Source: Mobula hypostoma | Lineage: Eukaryota | NCBI RefSeq assembly: GCF_963921235.1 | Contig: NC_086119.1 | Coordinates: 35,836,001 to 35,900,000 of the forward strand | Reading direction: 5' to 3' | DNA length: 64,000 nt | Shown here: positions 37,445 through 51,871 of the stretch, in pieces | How positions within the stretch are numbered: position 1 is the stretch's first letter | Layout: the number at the start of each line of letters is the position of its first letter | Translations under genes and position numbers: made by a program | Notes under the pieces: model-generated | What the model was told of the DNA's origin: nothing | The model's input: only the letters and a program-made list of their open reading frames with translations | The model's database searches: none

Positions 37445-38594
37445 TGAGTATCCTGTCCATGCAGTTTGTTACATCTGTTAATGTAATATATCTCCATTTG
37501 TTTGTGTTTGTATGTAATTTGGTATTGTCGTGCACTGTTTTTTGAGATAGTATGTATTTATAATAAAGGGGGCTTCTGTTCGTTAAATATCCGAAGGTAG
37601 TATAGAGCTTTCTAAGTGGTGACTTCCGTCTCAAAGTTCATCGTGAGTCACGATACTCACTTAAACCTTGATGCTATTCCCACAGATCAGCTGAACATCG
37701 AACATAACTTCCTAACCTCTCATTGTCTGATATCTGAATTTGGGTGCCGACCCCTCCCATTCAATTTTGTCATCCTTGCAGCTCTCCTCTCACACGAAGA
37801 GTGTGTCCATTCTTAGTTATTTGTGTCTCCTGATCCCGTTGACCAAGAGCTAAAAAAAAAATTAGGACTCATTGAAGAATGAACATAAGGACTAGATCAC
37901 ATGCTTAGAACTTTTTTGAGATATTTTATCTCACATATATACCCTACTATTTACGTTAATATTTTATCTAAGAATATATGTATTAATATATTATTGTGCT
38001 TAATCTCACGACAAATAGATTATAATTCTGGAAATAAATAAAACTATAGGGGCTTTTTCCAAAAAGGTCAAATATCTAGGATGACACGGCCAGTGACTGG
38101 TGTGATTGCTAATAAAAAAAAAGTTTTGTTCTGATATAATTACATTAAAACTAACACAGTTTATATTTCAGTTTACCACTTCAGAGTTTTACATGACATC
38201 ATTGAATATCATAGAAATTAAACATATAATTATGGAACTGTAGATGGGGTTGCTAAGATCACGCAATATAATGAAAAGAATTTTCACTCTTTTACAAAAA
38301 TAACATTAGTAAGAAAAGATTAGTCTCTGTGACAATGCAATATCGACCAAATGAGAATTTTAAGTCAGTTTTTGTTTACTAAAAGTTTGATTCCAATTGG
38401 ATCACATCCAGTGAAAGCATCTGGTTTTCATTCTGGGTCCTAGGAAGCAAGAGAGAATGCAGTGATACAGACTTTTAGATAACAATCTACTGGATAGGTC
38501 AGTGAAGTATGGGTTTTTAAAGAAAGATTTGTGTGGATTTGTTCTGTATGTTTTTATGAACAGCTCTTTATCTCAACCAATTTTGTATTTTCAG

Positions 38595-38724
38595 GGAAAA
38601 GGATCTCGATGAAGTTCTTCAGACACACACAGTGTTTACAAATGTGTCCAAAGGACAAGTGGCAAAAAAAGAGGATTGTGTTGCAGCATTTCAGACAGAT
38701 AATATGACGGACATATGTAAACAG
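38595..38724 (+). CDS. SBDS: SBDS exon 2 ([27 protein letters not shown]...ICKQ)
   Basis: tttcag|G ... CAG|gtgtgt; 130 nt. Confidence 0.98.
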
Positions 38725-39083
38725 GTGTGTTTTGACAAAACTTGCAGAAGGAATAAGTTGCATTGAAAGCTATTGCCTGATTGAAAATCGTTATTTTATA
38801 AGTTTGCTTTAATGTCATAGTGACAGATTGATATATTTTGGAAGTGTATTCCAATAATTTAAATAAATATTGTATCTGGGTTGCCCAGACTCCACCTGTC
38901 CCTGAAGTGCTTCTAACCAACAGTTTAAAATATATAATAAATTGTTATCGTGAGAAACTCTGATGAGAATCAATAGAATCAATATTAATCTCTCCAAATA
39001 ACTTACGATTGTGTCATTATAATAATTACTCTTTAATACTTCGAATTCAATTTTAAACACAAATAAATATCTTTACCTTTCAG

Positions 39084-39284
39084 ATTTTGGCAAAGGGTGA
39101 ATTGCAGGTATCTGACAAGGAGCGGCACGCGCAGCTTGAACAGATGTTTCGAGACATAGCAACCATAGTAACAGAGAAATGTGTCAACCCCGAAACGAAG
39201 AGACCTTACACCGTGAACCTAATAGAGCGTGCCATGAAGGACATTCACTACTCTGTGAAGGCCAACAAGAGTACCAAGCAGCAG
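39084..39284 (+). CDS. SBDS: SBDS exon 3 ([14 protein letters not shown]...[10 protein letters not shown]...KSTKQQ)
   Basis: tttcag|ATT ... CAG|gtagac; 201 nt. Confidence 0.99.
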
Positions 39285-39683
39285 GTAGACTAGCACAAAG
39301 CCCTAAATGGTGCAGTTTTTACTGGATATACTGGGGTCTTTAAGTCAGAGTGCATGTTCTGATGTTCACAGTTACAAGAACAAGACTTCCAAATGATTGT
39401 TCTGTTGACAAAACAATTTCATCTGTGTTGAGAACACCAGATGTGACAATAAGACCTTTATTTTACCCAATTATACAGGTTTCTTTATGTTTTGTAATTT
39501 TTGTTTAAGCTTGCAATATTTACTTTCTACGTTGGCTGGTTCAGCTTTTGAAGTAAGATGAGAGTAGCGATGTATTTTGGGTTTTTTGTTGTTAATTCAT
39601 TTTTTTGTGCAGATCCAAGCATCGAGCTATCCAGCTTCTCAACAAAACTCACTCAGGTGTAAAGCCTTAACTGTCCCTGCACA

Positions 39684-40204
39684 CTCAGCCACACTCAGGT
39701 TGGAGGAACAACACCTTATATTCCGTCTGGGTAGCCTCCAACCTGATGGCATGAACATCGACTTCTCTAACTTCCGCTAAGGCCCCACCTCCCCCTCGTA
39801 CCCCATCTGTTACTTATTTTATGCACACATTCTTTCTCTCACTCTCCTTTTTCTCCCTCTGTCCCTCTGAATGTACCTCTTGCCCATCCTCTGGGTCCCC
39901 CCCCCTTGTCTTTCTTCCCGGACCTCCTGTCCCATGATCCTGTCGTATCCCTTTTGCCTATCACCTGTCCAGCTTTTGGCTCCATCCCTCCCCCTCCTGT
40001 CTTCTCCTATCATTTTGGATCTCCCCCTCCCCCTCCAGCTTTCAAATCTCTTACTCACTCTTCCTTCAGTTAGTCCTGACGAAGGGTCTCAGCCTGAAAC
40101 GTCGACTGCACCTCTTCCTAGAGATGCTGCCTGGCCTGCTGCGTTCACCAGCAACTTTGATGTGTGATGCTTGAATTTCCAGCATCTGCAGAATTCCTGT
40201 TGTT
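39684..40204 (+). mobile_element. Penelope-like element, young 5'-truncated copy in SBDS intron 3
   Basis: ATLRLEEQHLIFRLGSLQPDGMNIDFSNFR*; near-identical to the copy at 9480-10186; exact 12-bp TSD TGTCCCTGCACA at 39672-39683 and 40205-40216. Confidence 0.93.
40072..40107 (+). ncRNA. Minimal type-I hammerhead ribozyme motif in Penelope terminus
   Basis: AGUC-CUGACGA-AGGGUCUCAGCCU-GAAAC-GUC-GACU; predicted cleavage after C40103. Confidence 0.8.
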
Positions 40205-40299
40205 TGTCCCTGCACAATTTCAACAGGTTACTTAAAAACTACTGCGACTTCGTTTTCAGTAACTTGTTGATTCAGAAGTCTGGAGAAAGCAGCGCCTGA

Positions 40300-42900
40300 C
40301 CAGATTTCTAGGTTGATGTGTACTTGATTTCAAAATCATAGGCTAATACATTATGGCCCATTTTTGTAGATGGTTAACTGTATCCACCGAGATTACTTTT
40401 CTTACACCCAAACATGGACAACAGTGGTTTGTGATCAGTAAGGAAAGTGAAGCATCTTGTGGAATTTCTTCACAGCAAGGATGATTCCCAAGGCTTCCTT
40501 CTCGAGTTGTCCATATTTCCTTCCTGCTGAGGTCAGTGATCTTGCTGCAGGCACGTCAGTTTTTTTCAGAACCATCAAGGAATATATGGGATTAGACAGC
40601 TCCCACCCCATAGTTGAATGCATCCTTCTTGACTACGGTTGACAATTCTCAGTTTTCTTATGTGACAATGTTTTTTTTTCTTTCTACTTTATATGCGCGT
40701 ATATGTTTCTGCACTTTGGCCCCAGAGGAACCCTGTCTCGTTCAATTGTACCCATGTACAGTTTGAATAACAATTAAACTTGAATTGATCTAATTTGATT
40801 TAAAATGTGTCAAAAGAAGGTTACATGACACAATATTCTTCACCTTATCAAAAGCTTCTTGGACTAGCTCCACATGGCACCCTTGTTGAACAGGGCATTG
40901 AGTACTGCAGGAAGAAATACTGAATAATGACTGATCATGCCTAAAATTGATCGTAAAGTGCTGACATTCTGATGGTGGAGGCATCTTTAAGATAGTAGTA
41001 ATGTTTTTGGGAGCAGGGCAGTGACAGAATCCCAGATACTTGATTGAAGACAGCAGGAGGCTGCATTTTTCTGCCCAAAATCTTGTAGCTTGTTCAAAAC
41101 GTGGTCCAGACATTGGCATAGTTCTGTCTGATCTGTGCCCATCACATTATCAAGGTAAGTGGAACACCGTCAATACCCACTCAGCATGGTGTCCGTAAGC
41201 TGTTAGAAAATTGAAGGAGCCGCTGTACATCGAAAGGCAGAGAGGGGAATAAGCCAACACCTTGTGTGTTGTAATGGTGAGAAGCTCCTGTGTATTTTCT
41301 GCCAATTCAACCTGGAGGTAGGGTTCAGCAAGTCCAGCTTCACAAGGTATTGACCATCATTCAATTTAGCAAAGAGATCTGCTGGTACCAGTAATGACTG
41401 CTGGTGTGTCTACATAGCCACTTTTGAGACCAGCTGAGAAGTCTGCACACAGCCTCAGTGTACCGTTGGCTTTCTTGCTAATGACTATTGGAGCTGCACA
41501 CATCAGTAGTTGCCATCTTTAATCACTCCAGCTTGTTGTAGGCAATCTAGCTCTTGCTGAACGATTGGTAAGGCTGCGTATGGTACCGGTCTTTTGGAAC
41601 GGAAGACTAGCTTTGTGTCTGAACAAAGATGGAATTCTGCTTGCAGTTTGGTCCATCGACCTATACCTTCTTCAAACACTGCTGCATAGCGCTATTATAG
41701 TTGTTGTATGGTCTCGTGTACTGATGGTGGTATGGCGTCAAATGACATGATTTGAACAACCAATATCTTCATACAGACCTCATCCAGAGGGATGCTCCAG
41801 AGATCAAGCTTGTCCATCCAGTCAATGCCAAGGACATTCAGGTCTGGCTGGTCTGTTGGGTAACACACACTGTTGATTTGGTTACCATTCAGCTCCACCA
41901 TGCAGTTTAGCTCATCAATCAGCTGGAGGGTTCCACACAATGCACTGCAGAACGTGATGAGTTGATTAGACTGGTAGGGACCGAAGTGCCCACTACTTGC
42001 TTTTGGAGATGATACAGTGTCAAACACCACCACTGAGTTGAAGCTTAACCAATTGATTTTTGATAAATACATTGATGTACCATCTCCTGGGGGTGAAGTT
42101 TACTTTGAACATGACCATTAAACTTCTTGTACATCTTGATGGCTTTTATAACTTCTTGTGCTGTGTTTCACTAGCCGGGAAGACAGTGAAGGACGGCAAA
42201 ATTCTTTGTTACTATGGTGTTGGCATTTGCTGCAAATGTGTTTCTTGTATTGACAGGTTTTTTTGCATTATGCCATGCAGCACAGTTCCAACAAGCTGTG
42301 TTTGGCTATTTGGAGACCTACTGAGTGATGATGTCTGGGCCATTGGAAACTGCATTGACATGGTTCTGTTTGACCAGTATGGAATTCTGTTTCAAGTTGA
42401 CATTCTTTAGTGACAGCTTGTATAGTAATATCAGGGTCTTGATCCAGTCTAGCCAGTAGCCGTTTGTGAATGTCTGCTTTGCCAAGTGCCTGAAATCTGC
42501 AAATAAAAATCAGATATTTGAACTGTGATTCAGTCATGTTACCCATCTTGAACTTTTCACATTCGCGATTGATGATACCAGCATATGTGATGAAGTCATC
42601 TGCATCGTGTTTAACATCTTTTAGGCAAGGGTAGCAAACACCGAAGAGAGATGACTACTCTCCAAAAAAGCTTGCTGGCTGTTGGACAGTTTCATCAAAT
42701 GGTAGGTCACACGGGATCTGAGGCAGGATGAAGTTGAAATAACATTCATATTCAACAGTACCCAATTTTCAGAGGAAAGTATGTGTCTTCCACGAGTCAT
42801 CTTTACTGGCAAACTTGACCTGGAATATATCTTCGTAATGTTTGAACCATGATCATTGCTACTTCTAAGCTGTGTCGGTGCATGGCCATTTAGTAACTGA
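40300..42900 (-). mobile_element. Decayed Ty3/Gypsy LTR retrotransposon internal region
   Basis: RNase H motif YGQLEKEALGIILAVKKFHKML, RT end SIKYLGF, protease end NVLGIDWMDKL, gag-like remnants; heavily frameshifted; LTRs not identified. Confidence 0.8.
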
Positions 42901-45240
42901 AATGCTCCCAAGCACATAGCCTTTGTTGCTGCACAGCTGGTATTTTCTTTTACATAATTTTAATATAATTGTGAAATATCCTGTAATTATATGTTAATGA
43001 ATATTATCCATAAATTTTCTAAATAATAAATGTACCACAACCTTCACTTTGAAACATTTTAGAGCTTCAGTGTTTGTATTTACATTGCTGGTGTTTCAAG
43101 TTACAACACTGTTACAAATTGTAACAATAAACATGGAATGGAAATCAGTAGTCATTGTAAATAAACTGCCAGCCTTCGGAAAGCTGCCAACACAGTCCAG
43201 TCAATACTCGTAGTATGCATATTACAAAACAAAATGCCAGTTTTCAAGCTGTAAATTTTTTTTTCTCAGAGCAATGGTTGGTCCACACAGCTGTAAAAAC
43301 AAATGGAGGAAACTGATCCTGATTTAAACATAACTCACAAAGTGGCATCAAACTGGAAGTTGGTAATGGACGCAACAACTGACTCATATGAGTTCTTTTC
43401 GGTGTTTAACACCAATGTTGTTGGACTCAATAATAACCTGCTGGTCAAGGTTTTGATTAACTTCAGCTGGGCAGTCCAGAATTGAGCTTGCTGCTATTGT
43501 AGAATTGCTCTCAAGTCTTCTGAGAAAATTGTTTTGTTGTTATAATACAGCAGCTTGTCACCAATTTGTTGTTTGTTTGCCCAATAATTACTGATGAGAC
43601 CCAAAGCCAGGAGATAGAATAAAGCCAGAACTCGAAATAAACCTTTATTCAGTCAAACCACTCAACTACAAAAATCTCAAAACTCAACAATACGTCCCGA
43701 AGCAGGACTAATTAAATACTTTACTCAAGAAGACTCAAGATGTTGATAGGAATGACGATCAATCAGTGAAAGTCAGCCTGGGATTGGTTGTCAGCTGACC
43801 AGTAGGCATTGGTTGTTTTGGCTTGCTGTAACAGATATCAGGAGATGCAGTGTCTGATCTGCTCTTGCAACCACGTTATTTGTATAGCTGGTCCAATTAT
43901 TTACAATGAATGGTGACTGTCAGGATGCTGATGGTGGAGGTTTCAGTGATGTTCATCCCATCAAGTAATGGGTGAGGGATTAGACTCTCTCATTACACTT
44001 GGTCGTTGCATGGTATTTTTGTGGCACACATTACTTGCCATGTATCTGCTTATATCTGTACAGGTACAGGTGTGAACTGTCAGTTGCTGTAAATTTGTAG
44101 TTAAACATGGTGTAAACATCAGCTGACTTACTCACTTCTGACCTTTATGACGGATGGGAAGAACATTGAAGCAGCTGAAGGTGGTTGGGCCTAGAACACT
44201 GTCTAAGAAACTCCTGCAATGATACCTGGGGTTGAGATGACTGACTTCCAAAATTCACAACCATTTTCCTTTGTGCAAAATGTTACTCCAGCCATCAGTG
44301 TTAAAAATCCTTGAATCTTAAGTTTATATTTGTGCTCTTTAAAACAAAGGAATTAAAGCTGTCCTGCAGTATTATTCTTGAAATTGGCATGTTGACAGGG
44401 ATGATATTTATGTATCACCACCAGTTGTCTAGATGATAGTGGTACAAATGAATGGAGGTTGACAGCTCAACCTTCTACTTCTGCTGCTCGGAAGTGCTGG
44501 ACAGTCAGTGAAGATACTGCATTTGTTTTGAACAAGTATGGGAGAATATCCCTGAACCCTTTCCTCTGTCCACCTGGTGTCCTCTTCCCAAAAGTGATTT
44601 TGAAATTTGATGTTTTTTTTCAGGAGTTTGGTAACTGGTTCAGTGGTAGAGAGAGAACTTTTAGAGATGCTGGCTTTCAGTTTAGAAGTTTGACCCGAGG
44701 CACCATTTGGACTGCTGAGATGCACACATAAAGCAATCATGGTGTTACTGGAAAGAGTTCAACAAAGTAGATTTTTTAAACCAAGTGTGTGTGTATGTAT
44801 GTATATATATGTTACCATATATAACTCTGAGGTTCATTTTCTTGTGGGCATACACAGCAACTACAATTTTTCCCAGTGAATGTAATGCTCAACCAATTAT
44901 GACTGTACATTCATCTTACTTTCATCTAAAATTTATCTGTTATATTTGACTATATTTCAGAAGTAATCTATGCAAAAGAAACATTATTTGAAAAAATAAA
45001 TTTGTAAAGGAATTAATGCATTATTGCAGGTAAGGTTCCACTGGACACAAGTCAGAAACAGGTTTTTGGATTAATATTTGAGTATCAGTAGTGTAATGTT
45101 AATGCTGTAGAAACAAATCCAGATTAAATTACATTACAGTGCTGATGTTTAAATGTGCGTATGTAAATTCTACTTGCTTAAATGTTCCAGTGTACAGAAC
45201 CAAAGTAACTAACTTTTAATTTATCTTTTCATATGTAAAG

Positions 45241-45405
45241 GCATTGGAAGTTATCAGACTGCTCAAGGATAGTATGCAGATTGAACGTGCTCACATGAGA
45301 CTCCGACTCAGGATTCCAATAAAGGATGGAAAGCGGCTTAAGGAAAAACTGAAGCCACTGATTAAAATGATGGAAAGCGAAGAATTTGCTGAAGATTTAG
45401 ATGTT
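45241..45405 (+). CDS. SBDS: SBDS exon 4 ([22 protein letters not shown]...EDLDV)
   Basis: gtaaag|GCA ... GTT|gtaagt; 165 nt. Confidence 0.98.
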
Positions 45406-45671
45406 GTAAGTTTTTTTTTACATTCCTGGTATATTGGAGTATCATAATCAATGCTATTGGTTTGAAGATTTCAGATTTGGATTAGTTTACTTTCATGTTC
45501 ACTAGGGTGCAATGTGATTTCTTGGCTTGTATTAAAATCATAGTTTAATCGCTCAAAACATATTTAATCTCTCAATTTTTTTTCTAGTTTGATAAAAATT
45601 GTTTATCTGCATATCCAGTGAAACCATGTTAATTCATTGGACCTAAACATTAATAAATGGAATTTATTTTT

Positions 45672-46290
45672 TTAGATTATGAAGACCCGTAGTCCTCTTT
45701 TATTGTCATTTAGTAATGCATGCATTAAGAAATGATGCATTATTTCCTCCGGTGTGATATCATAAAACACAGGACAAACCAAGACTAAAAAAACTGACAA
45801 AACCACATAATTATAACATATGGTATTGTTGCACTGTTGTAACTATAACTTGATGAAGAAGTCCGTGAGCACAGTAAAGTTCAAAGTTTCTCAAATGTCC
45901 CACATTTCACGCAGACAGGAGAAGGAAGAAAACCTCTCCCTGCCATGCTGACCACAATCCAACTCTGAGTCATGGGAAAACTTCGAGCTCTGATCAGCTG
46001 ACACTGAGTACTGAGCGCCATCTCTGTCCGAGCGATTCGACCTCTTTCTCGGTCGCCAACAGTGGGCAAGGCCGGGGATTTTGAGGCCTACCCTCCGAAA
46101 GATTCCCGACCGCGCAGTAACGACAGCAGTGAACGAGCGTTTCAGAAATTTTTCCAGATGTTACTGTGCTTTCACATTCATTCTCCATCAAATCAGAATT
46201 GTCCACACCCCCTATTTAACAGATACGACATCATTTTTCACTGGAGAGCTGCTAACGCGCAGCGCGCTGCCATCTTCTCCTCCCGCCTTT
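45672..46290 (-). mobile_element. Non-autonomous LINE-derived element, copy 1
   Basis: Minus strand starts GGAGGAGAAGATGGCAGCG and ends ...AATGACAATAAAAG; homologous to 57595-58256. Confidence 0.7.
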
Positions 46291-47127
46291 ATCAAAGATG
46301 TTAAGATATTTCAATGCAATAAATTTGTAATGAGTCAGAGTTCTACAAAATACAAATGGACCCTTTGTCCCACAACGTCTGCACTGATCCTCATGCCTAC
46401 CAATACTAATTCCACTTGCCTGCATTAATTCCATATCCCTCCTCCTCATTCTCGTACTTGTAGAAATCCTCTTAAAGTGCTTTACTGTTCCTGCATACAC
46501 CACCATTTATGGCAGCTCAATTTGTATTCTGGCTACTTTTTATGTGACAGTAACATCCTTATAATTTTTTTCTCTAGCTTAATCATGTGAGATATTAGCT
46601 GATTTGATTGCATAAAACACCAGTTGTTGATTATTTAAGAAATACTGACTCCAGGAAATAAAACAATACTAAGTTCAGCAGGGTTAAAAAATGTTATAAT
46701 TCTGTTAATATTTCCTATGTGGAATTAACATGTCTTAACTGAGGTGGAAAACAGGTGTTGGCCTACTCTGGGATGCTGCAGACATCAGACTGAGTACTAG
46801 TCATTGTAGGTAACTATTGACTTTTACCGAGAAATGTTGTTGGCTGGATACCAACTGATGTTTGGCTAACCTGTGCTTTATCATCCTCTTTGGTCTACTA
46901 AAATTCACACATGCATACCCACTGCATAGCTGCAGGGTTGAAATATAAAGGGAATTAAGCTACACACTTGTTGATGGAAGGGATAGAAAGATTTGAGATC
47001 TGAAATTTCTTTGAATGTTAGATTACACAGCCAGCAGCTGCAGAAATTTTCTGATGGTCCAAATGGCCATTTGATTTTTTTTCGCTTTGGTAATTAAATA
47101 GAAATCATCTTTATGATTTTACTTCAG

Positions 47128-47256
47128 GTATGTTTGATTGATCCTGGTTGCTTCAGAGAAATTGATGAACTAATCCGACAGGAAACAAAGGGAAAGGCTT
47201 CCCTGGAAGTTCTCAGCTTAAAGGAGGTGGAAGAAGGTGATGAAAAACTTGAATAA
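47128..47256 (+). CDS. SBDS: SBDS exon 5 ([42 protein letters not shown])
   Basis: cttcag|GTA ... TAA; 129 nt. Total CDS 753 nt = 250 aa. Confidence 0.99.
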   Translation, partial: VCLIDPGCFREIDELIRQETKGKASLEVLSLKEVEEGDEKLE

Positions 47257-47317
47257 GTTGTTCATGGAAGCTTTGGTCCAGTTGCAAAACCACGTATTCT
47301 TAAAGCACACTGGTACC

Positions 47318-47383
47318 AATAAATAATCCATTTAAAGTGCACTGAAACTGTGTTTGCTTCAGTGGGACCGGAAAACGAATAAA
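47318..47383 (+). terminator. SBDS polyadenylation signals
   Basis: AATAAA at 47318-47323 and 47378-47383, followed by T-rich sequence. Confidence 0.6.
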
Positions 47384-47589
47384 TAATATACAATTTTTAA
47401 TCCTTAATCCACTTGATATTCTATTCTATTCTTACATTATTTTCTCTTGTATTTAATTAAAATGTGTATAAAGATACTAAAACATTGCTTTGGGGATTTC
47501 TTTTCTTGAACTTGTATAGTTACATGACTGTAATGCTGGTGTTCGTTTGCTTTGAATTATGAGTATTCTGAAGTTCCATTTAGCCAAGA

Positions 47590-48380
47590 GAACATTTTAT
47601 CACAATATTGAAAAGTCCACAAAAAGTTTTGGATACAGCCTCGTCCATCACAAGCAAAGACCTCCCCATCATTGAGCACATTTACAAGAAAGCAGCATCC
47701 ATTAAAGACCTCCATCATCCAGGCTATGCGTTCTGATACCGTCGGTCCCACATCACCATGTTCAGGAAGTTACCCTACAGCCATCAGACTCCTGAACCAG
47801 TATGGATCACACATCATGTCTCAACGCTAAACTGACTCCACAACCTATAGATTCACTTTAAAAGGACTCTTCAACACCACAGTGGTGTAGTGGTTAGTGC
47901 AACACCATTACAGCTCAGGGCGTTGGGAATTTGGAGTTCAATCCCGGCGTCCTCTGTAAAGAGTTTGTATGTCCTCCCCTTAGAATGCCTGGGTTCATTC
48001 CAGGTGTTCCAGTTTCTTTCCACAGTCCAAAGACATGCCGGTTAGTAGGTTAATTCATCATTGTAAATTGTCCTGTAATTAGGCTACGGTTAAGTAGGGA
48101 GTTGTTAGGGGTTGCTGAGTGGTGCAGCTTGAAGGACCATAAGGGCCTATTCCACACTGTATCTCTAAATAGATAACTAAATAAACTTGTTCTCAGTTTT
48201 TTTTTATTATTTGCATAATTTGTCAACTTTTGCACATTAGTTGTTGGTCAGTCTTGGTTATAGTCTTTCATAAATTCTATAGTTTTTTTTGTTTCCTGTA
48301 AATACCTGCAAGATAAATCTCAAGGTACATCTGCTGATATATACTCTACATACTTCGATAATAAATTTACTTTGAGCTTG
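47590..48380 (+). mobile_element. Rex1 3' fragment with a nested tRNA-SINE (47878-48182)
   Basis: KAASIKD..HP remnants and AATAAATTTACTTTGA tail; SINE with A-box TGGTGTAGTGG and B-box GGAGTTCAATCCC. Confidence 0.7.
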
Positions 48381-49407
48381 TAGTGGTAGAAATACACTGA
48401 AACAAGAAGTGAGTCACTTACCACAGAATATTTGCTCTTACACTGTTCAAAAGAAACTTAGAAGATTATTATTGTTAATTTCATCAGAATGTGAGCAAGC
48501 ACTTATCAGATACAGACCTGGTCATTTATTAGTTAAAGTCTGAATGGTCAAACCCCACTGCAATTGGCTACAAACTGTGTCATTGGTCTTGATGAATCTG
48601 ACCACCTCATGGAATACACTTGTAACAGTTTTTCATAGATAGTGACCGGCCATCTCTACTGCATTGTCACATTGATTGTGTGATCCTTAAGTTTCATTGT
48701 TGTAGCACCGATGAAACAAGGCTTTAACCATAGAGTTTGAGACATGGCCCTGACTGTTAGGACAAATACCATAGGTGACACAATGACTACTGTTGATGTT
48801 ATGTTATAAAGCTATTCAAATTTCAAATGTCTTCTGCAGTTTAGTCACTCCAGATTTTGTCCAGCTGTGGAGTATCTGTAATTACATCTGCAATTACTTA
48901 TTATTAATAAGTATACCACATTGTTGGAACTGTCTATAATACCTATACATTGCTACATTTTTGGCACTGCAGCAGTGGAAAGAGTTTGGGAAGGATTAAA
49001 AATGATTAAAGGAAAATGTTATGCAGCAGGTTGCAACGACTGGGAAGCAGGAACTCCAGAGAACGAAGTGTATATCCAACTGAAGTAAATTAAATATTTA
49101 AATTGTTGGCTAATTTCCAGTAGAAATTGTTATATAGTGAGGAAAATTGCTTAATAGTATCTACAACTGTACAGGATTGTCACAATGGAGATGAACTCAG
49201 TGTGACAGACAGCACAAAGAATTGCAAACGATCTCTAAAATTTATATCATGCAATTTACTTCACTCCCAGCTATGCGAAGTATCATGGATAGATGGAGTA
49301 CGTCTCTCACTTTTCTTAAGGTACATCTGATAAATACTTAGTGCACAACAAATATTAAGGTAACCAGCATTGCAGTGTGTGGGGTTGGATATATAAAATC
49401 ATAATTG

Positions 49408-51871
49408 TTTATTTTGAACATACAGTTCAGGAATACACAATTTACTGTGTCCTTTATTGCCTGATACAGGTGTAAGGAAAGTTGCTTAAATTCTGGAAAC
49501 AATGCAGACAATACAAATACAAAATAAATAAATCATACAAATTTAGATAATAAATTGCTGTGAATAGATGAACAAGCAAATTTTGCAAAATATTAAGACA
49601 GTCAAAGAACAAGCAACTTTTATCAATTCTAATATGTAATGTTCTTCAAACCCCATCTTTCTGAATCTATCCTTTAAACCTTGCTTCGTCTGAATATAAT
49701 ATGCACTGTATAAAGTATTTTCTGGCTCTTAATATAGCCAATTAGTTGTGTGTAATTGATCATGGTTTAAACATGCTTAAGTTTCTGCATTCCATCAAAC
49801 TGCTGTAATAAAAATGCATCTTTAAAGTAACCTCAGTGGAAACAAATGCCAAGTTGGTAAAATAGACAGATGATAACCACATTTAATGACATAACCAAAC
49901 ACGTATCCAAGTGAATGAGCTTATATAAATTCTGAACATTTTAATAGCAAGAACAGAAACATCTTTTTACTGAACGTTGTTTATGAAAATAATCAATGAA
50001 AAAATACACTATAAAACTGCGAACAACTTCAATCAGCATGTTTATATGCTTAGTTTAGTCAAAGCATTCTTTCAAGAAAGTGTTTTTATCCTCATTTCTT
50101 CTGAGGAAAAGCTAACTTGGCATTGTAAGCTGTACTAAAGTGTACCAATGATGTGAAAATAAAGTTCAAATGAAATTTAAACAGCAAAACCAGTTTCTCA
50201 CATTGCTGCGAATCTTTCTAAAACAATGAGAGTGGACCTTCTAAATGTTCCAGCTAATCTTAATAATGAAAATTCACATCAAACCACTCAATAGGCAATC
50301 TTTTGTTTCTCCCTGTGAATTAAATATGGCTCGTCTCCTTAAAGTATCTTGAATTTTCTATAGCTATAGAGATCTTTTCCACATTAATTTTCTGCCATTT
50401 ACAACAAAACCCCATGATCACAAAACTCATGAAATGCAGAGACTGGAAATTTTAAACACCAGAATATGCTGGGAACACTCAGTAAATCATGTACCATCTG
50501 CAGAAAGAAAAAGCTAACTTTTTAAACTCCAAAGACTTTTCATCAGAGCTGCAAAGAAACCCTCCATTTTCCACTTTTGACAAAATGTCCATGAAATATT
50601 GACTTTAACTCTCTTTCCTCAGAGGTAGTCTGACCTGACAAGTGTTTACAGCATTTTGTTTTTTTAAATCATGATCATCCTTAGTTAAGGATGAATATAT
50701 TCTTATAATTGAATTTTTGCAAACAAATTGATTCAATTGAAGAAATGCAAACCTACACATATCTGTTGATTGGAAACCACCAAATTATTATGCAAATGCC
50801 AACGTATGGAAATTACGCAAACCTATTTGAATTATTTTCACTATCTTGTTGGAATCTGAAAATGTCTCATTTTATAGCTCTGTATTTAACAGAACATTTT
50901 GAAGACTTGTTGTTTTTTTGAGAAGCTATCAAGAATTTGCACAAAATAGTTTCACATACATCAGGTCTAAAACATTAGTGTATTACAACAAAGTAAGACT
51001 GATTACAAAAAGAAAGATTGTGATTTTATAATTTTATGCTCATACCTACCAATCCAACGCACCCCATGCGGACTTTATAGGTTTGGTCACGTTCAATTTT
51101 ATTTTGTTATAAAAACTCAATTAAAATGATGTGTATATGAATGTCTTATATTCTTGGGCATTGTACTATTATCATTTAAATATCACTAACCATTACTACA
51201 AACATTAACCAAGCTATAAATGTAGTTTGACGAAGATTTTTAAATATTTGCAACAAATTGGATGGGTCTAATCATCATTAGGAAGTCATAGTTTTTAGTG
51301 TTAACATTTCAATACAGTACAACATAGTACTCTTAAATGACAACCAGTACAACATGCGAAATAAACATCTTTGAAATAAAATGCTGGACAATGAATTTAT
51401 AGAGGTGAAATACTAATATTCACCGCTACAGGTTTTCATCTGAGTGGTGAAAATGATAAAACAATAATAGAGGAGCAAGTTGGATGAAATCAGCAAATGG
51501 ATCCATGTTTTTGACTATTTGTGAATAAATAACATTTTTAATATGGATGGCTAAGTATCCTGACTGAAGCATAAATGATTCCATTAGTCCATAATCATAT
51601 TTAGAATAAGCAGCAAAGGCACTAACATTTAGTGTTATAACTGGGAATTACACATAACATTTCCCATTTAGTGTAGCTATATATGCTCAGTGACTTAAAC
51701 ACACCAGTCTTTGCCAGTATGCAAATCATTATATTTGTAGTTTCAAACAGAATTCCTCTTCTTTTATAAAACAAATTGCTGAAGTTCCTTAAAAAAATTG
51801 TGCTGAATTCACTTCTTGGCTCTGGAATGCAAGTAGATCAAACTCGTGAGCGGACCAGAGTTTTGTGAAAG
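49408..51871 (-). other. Putative long 3' UTR of the NF2-like gene
   Basis: AT-rich, largely TE-poor stretch after the stop codon, ending at minus-strand AATAAA at 49453-49458 and 49408-49413. Confidence 0.5.

Noticed and set aside
47878-47960. tRNA gene (A and B boxes)
   Set aside because: No full cloverleaf; it continues into a SINE body repeated elsewhere in the window.
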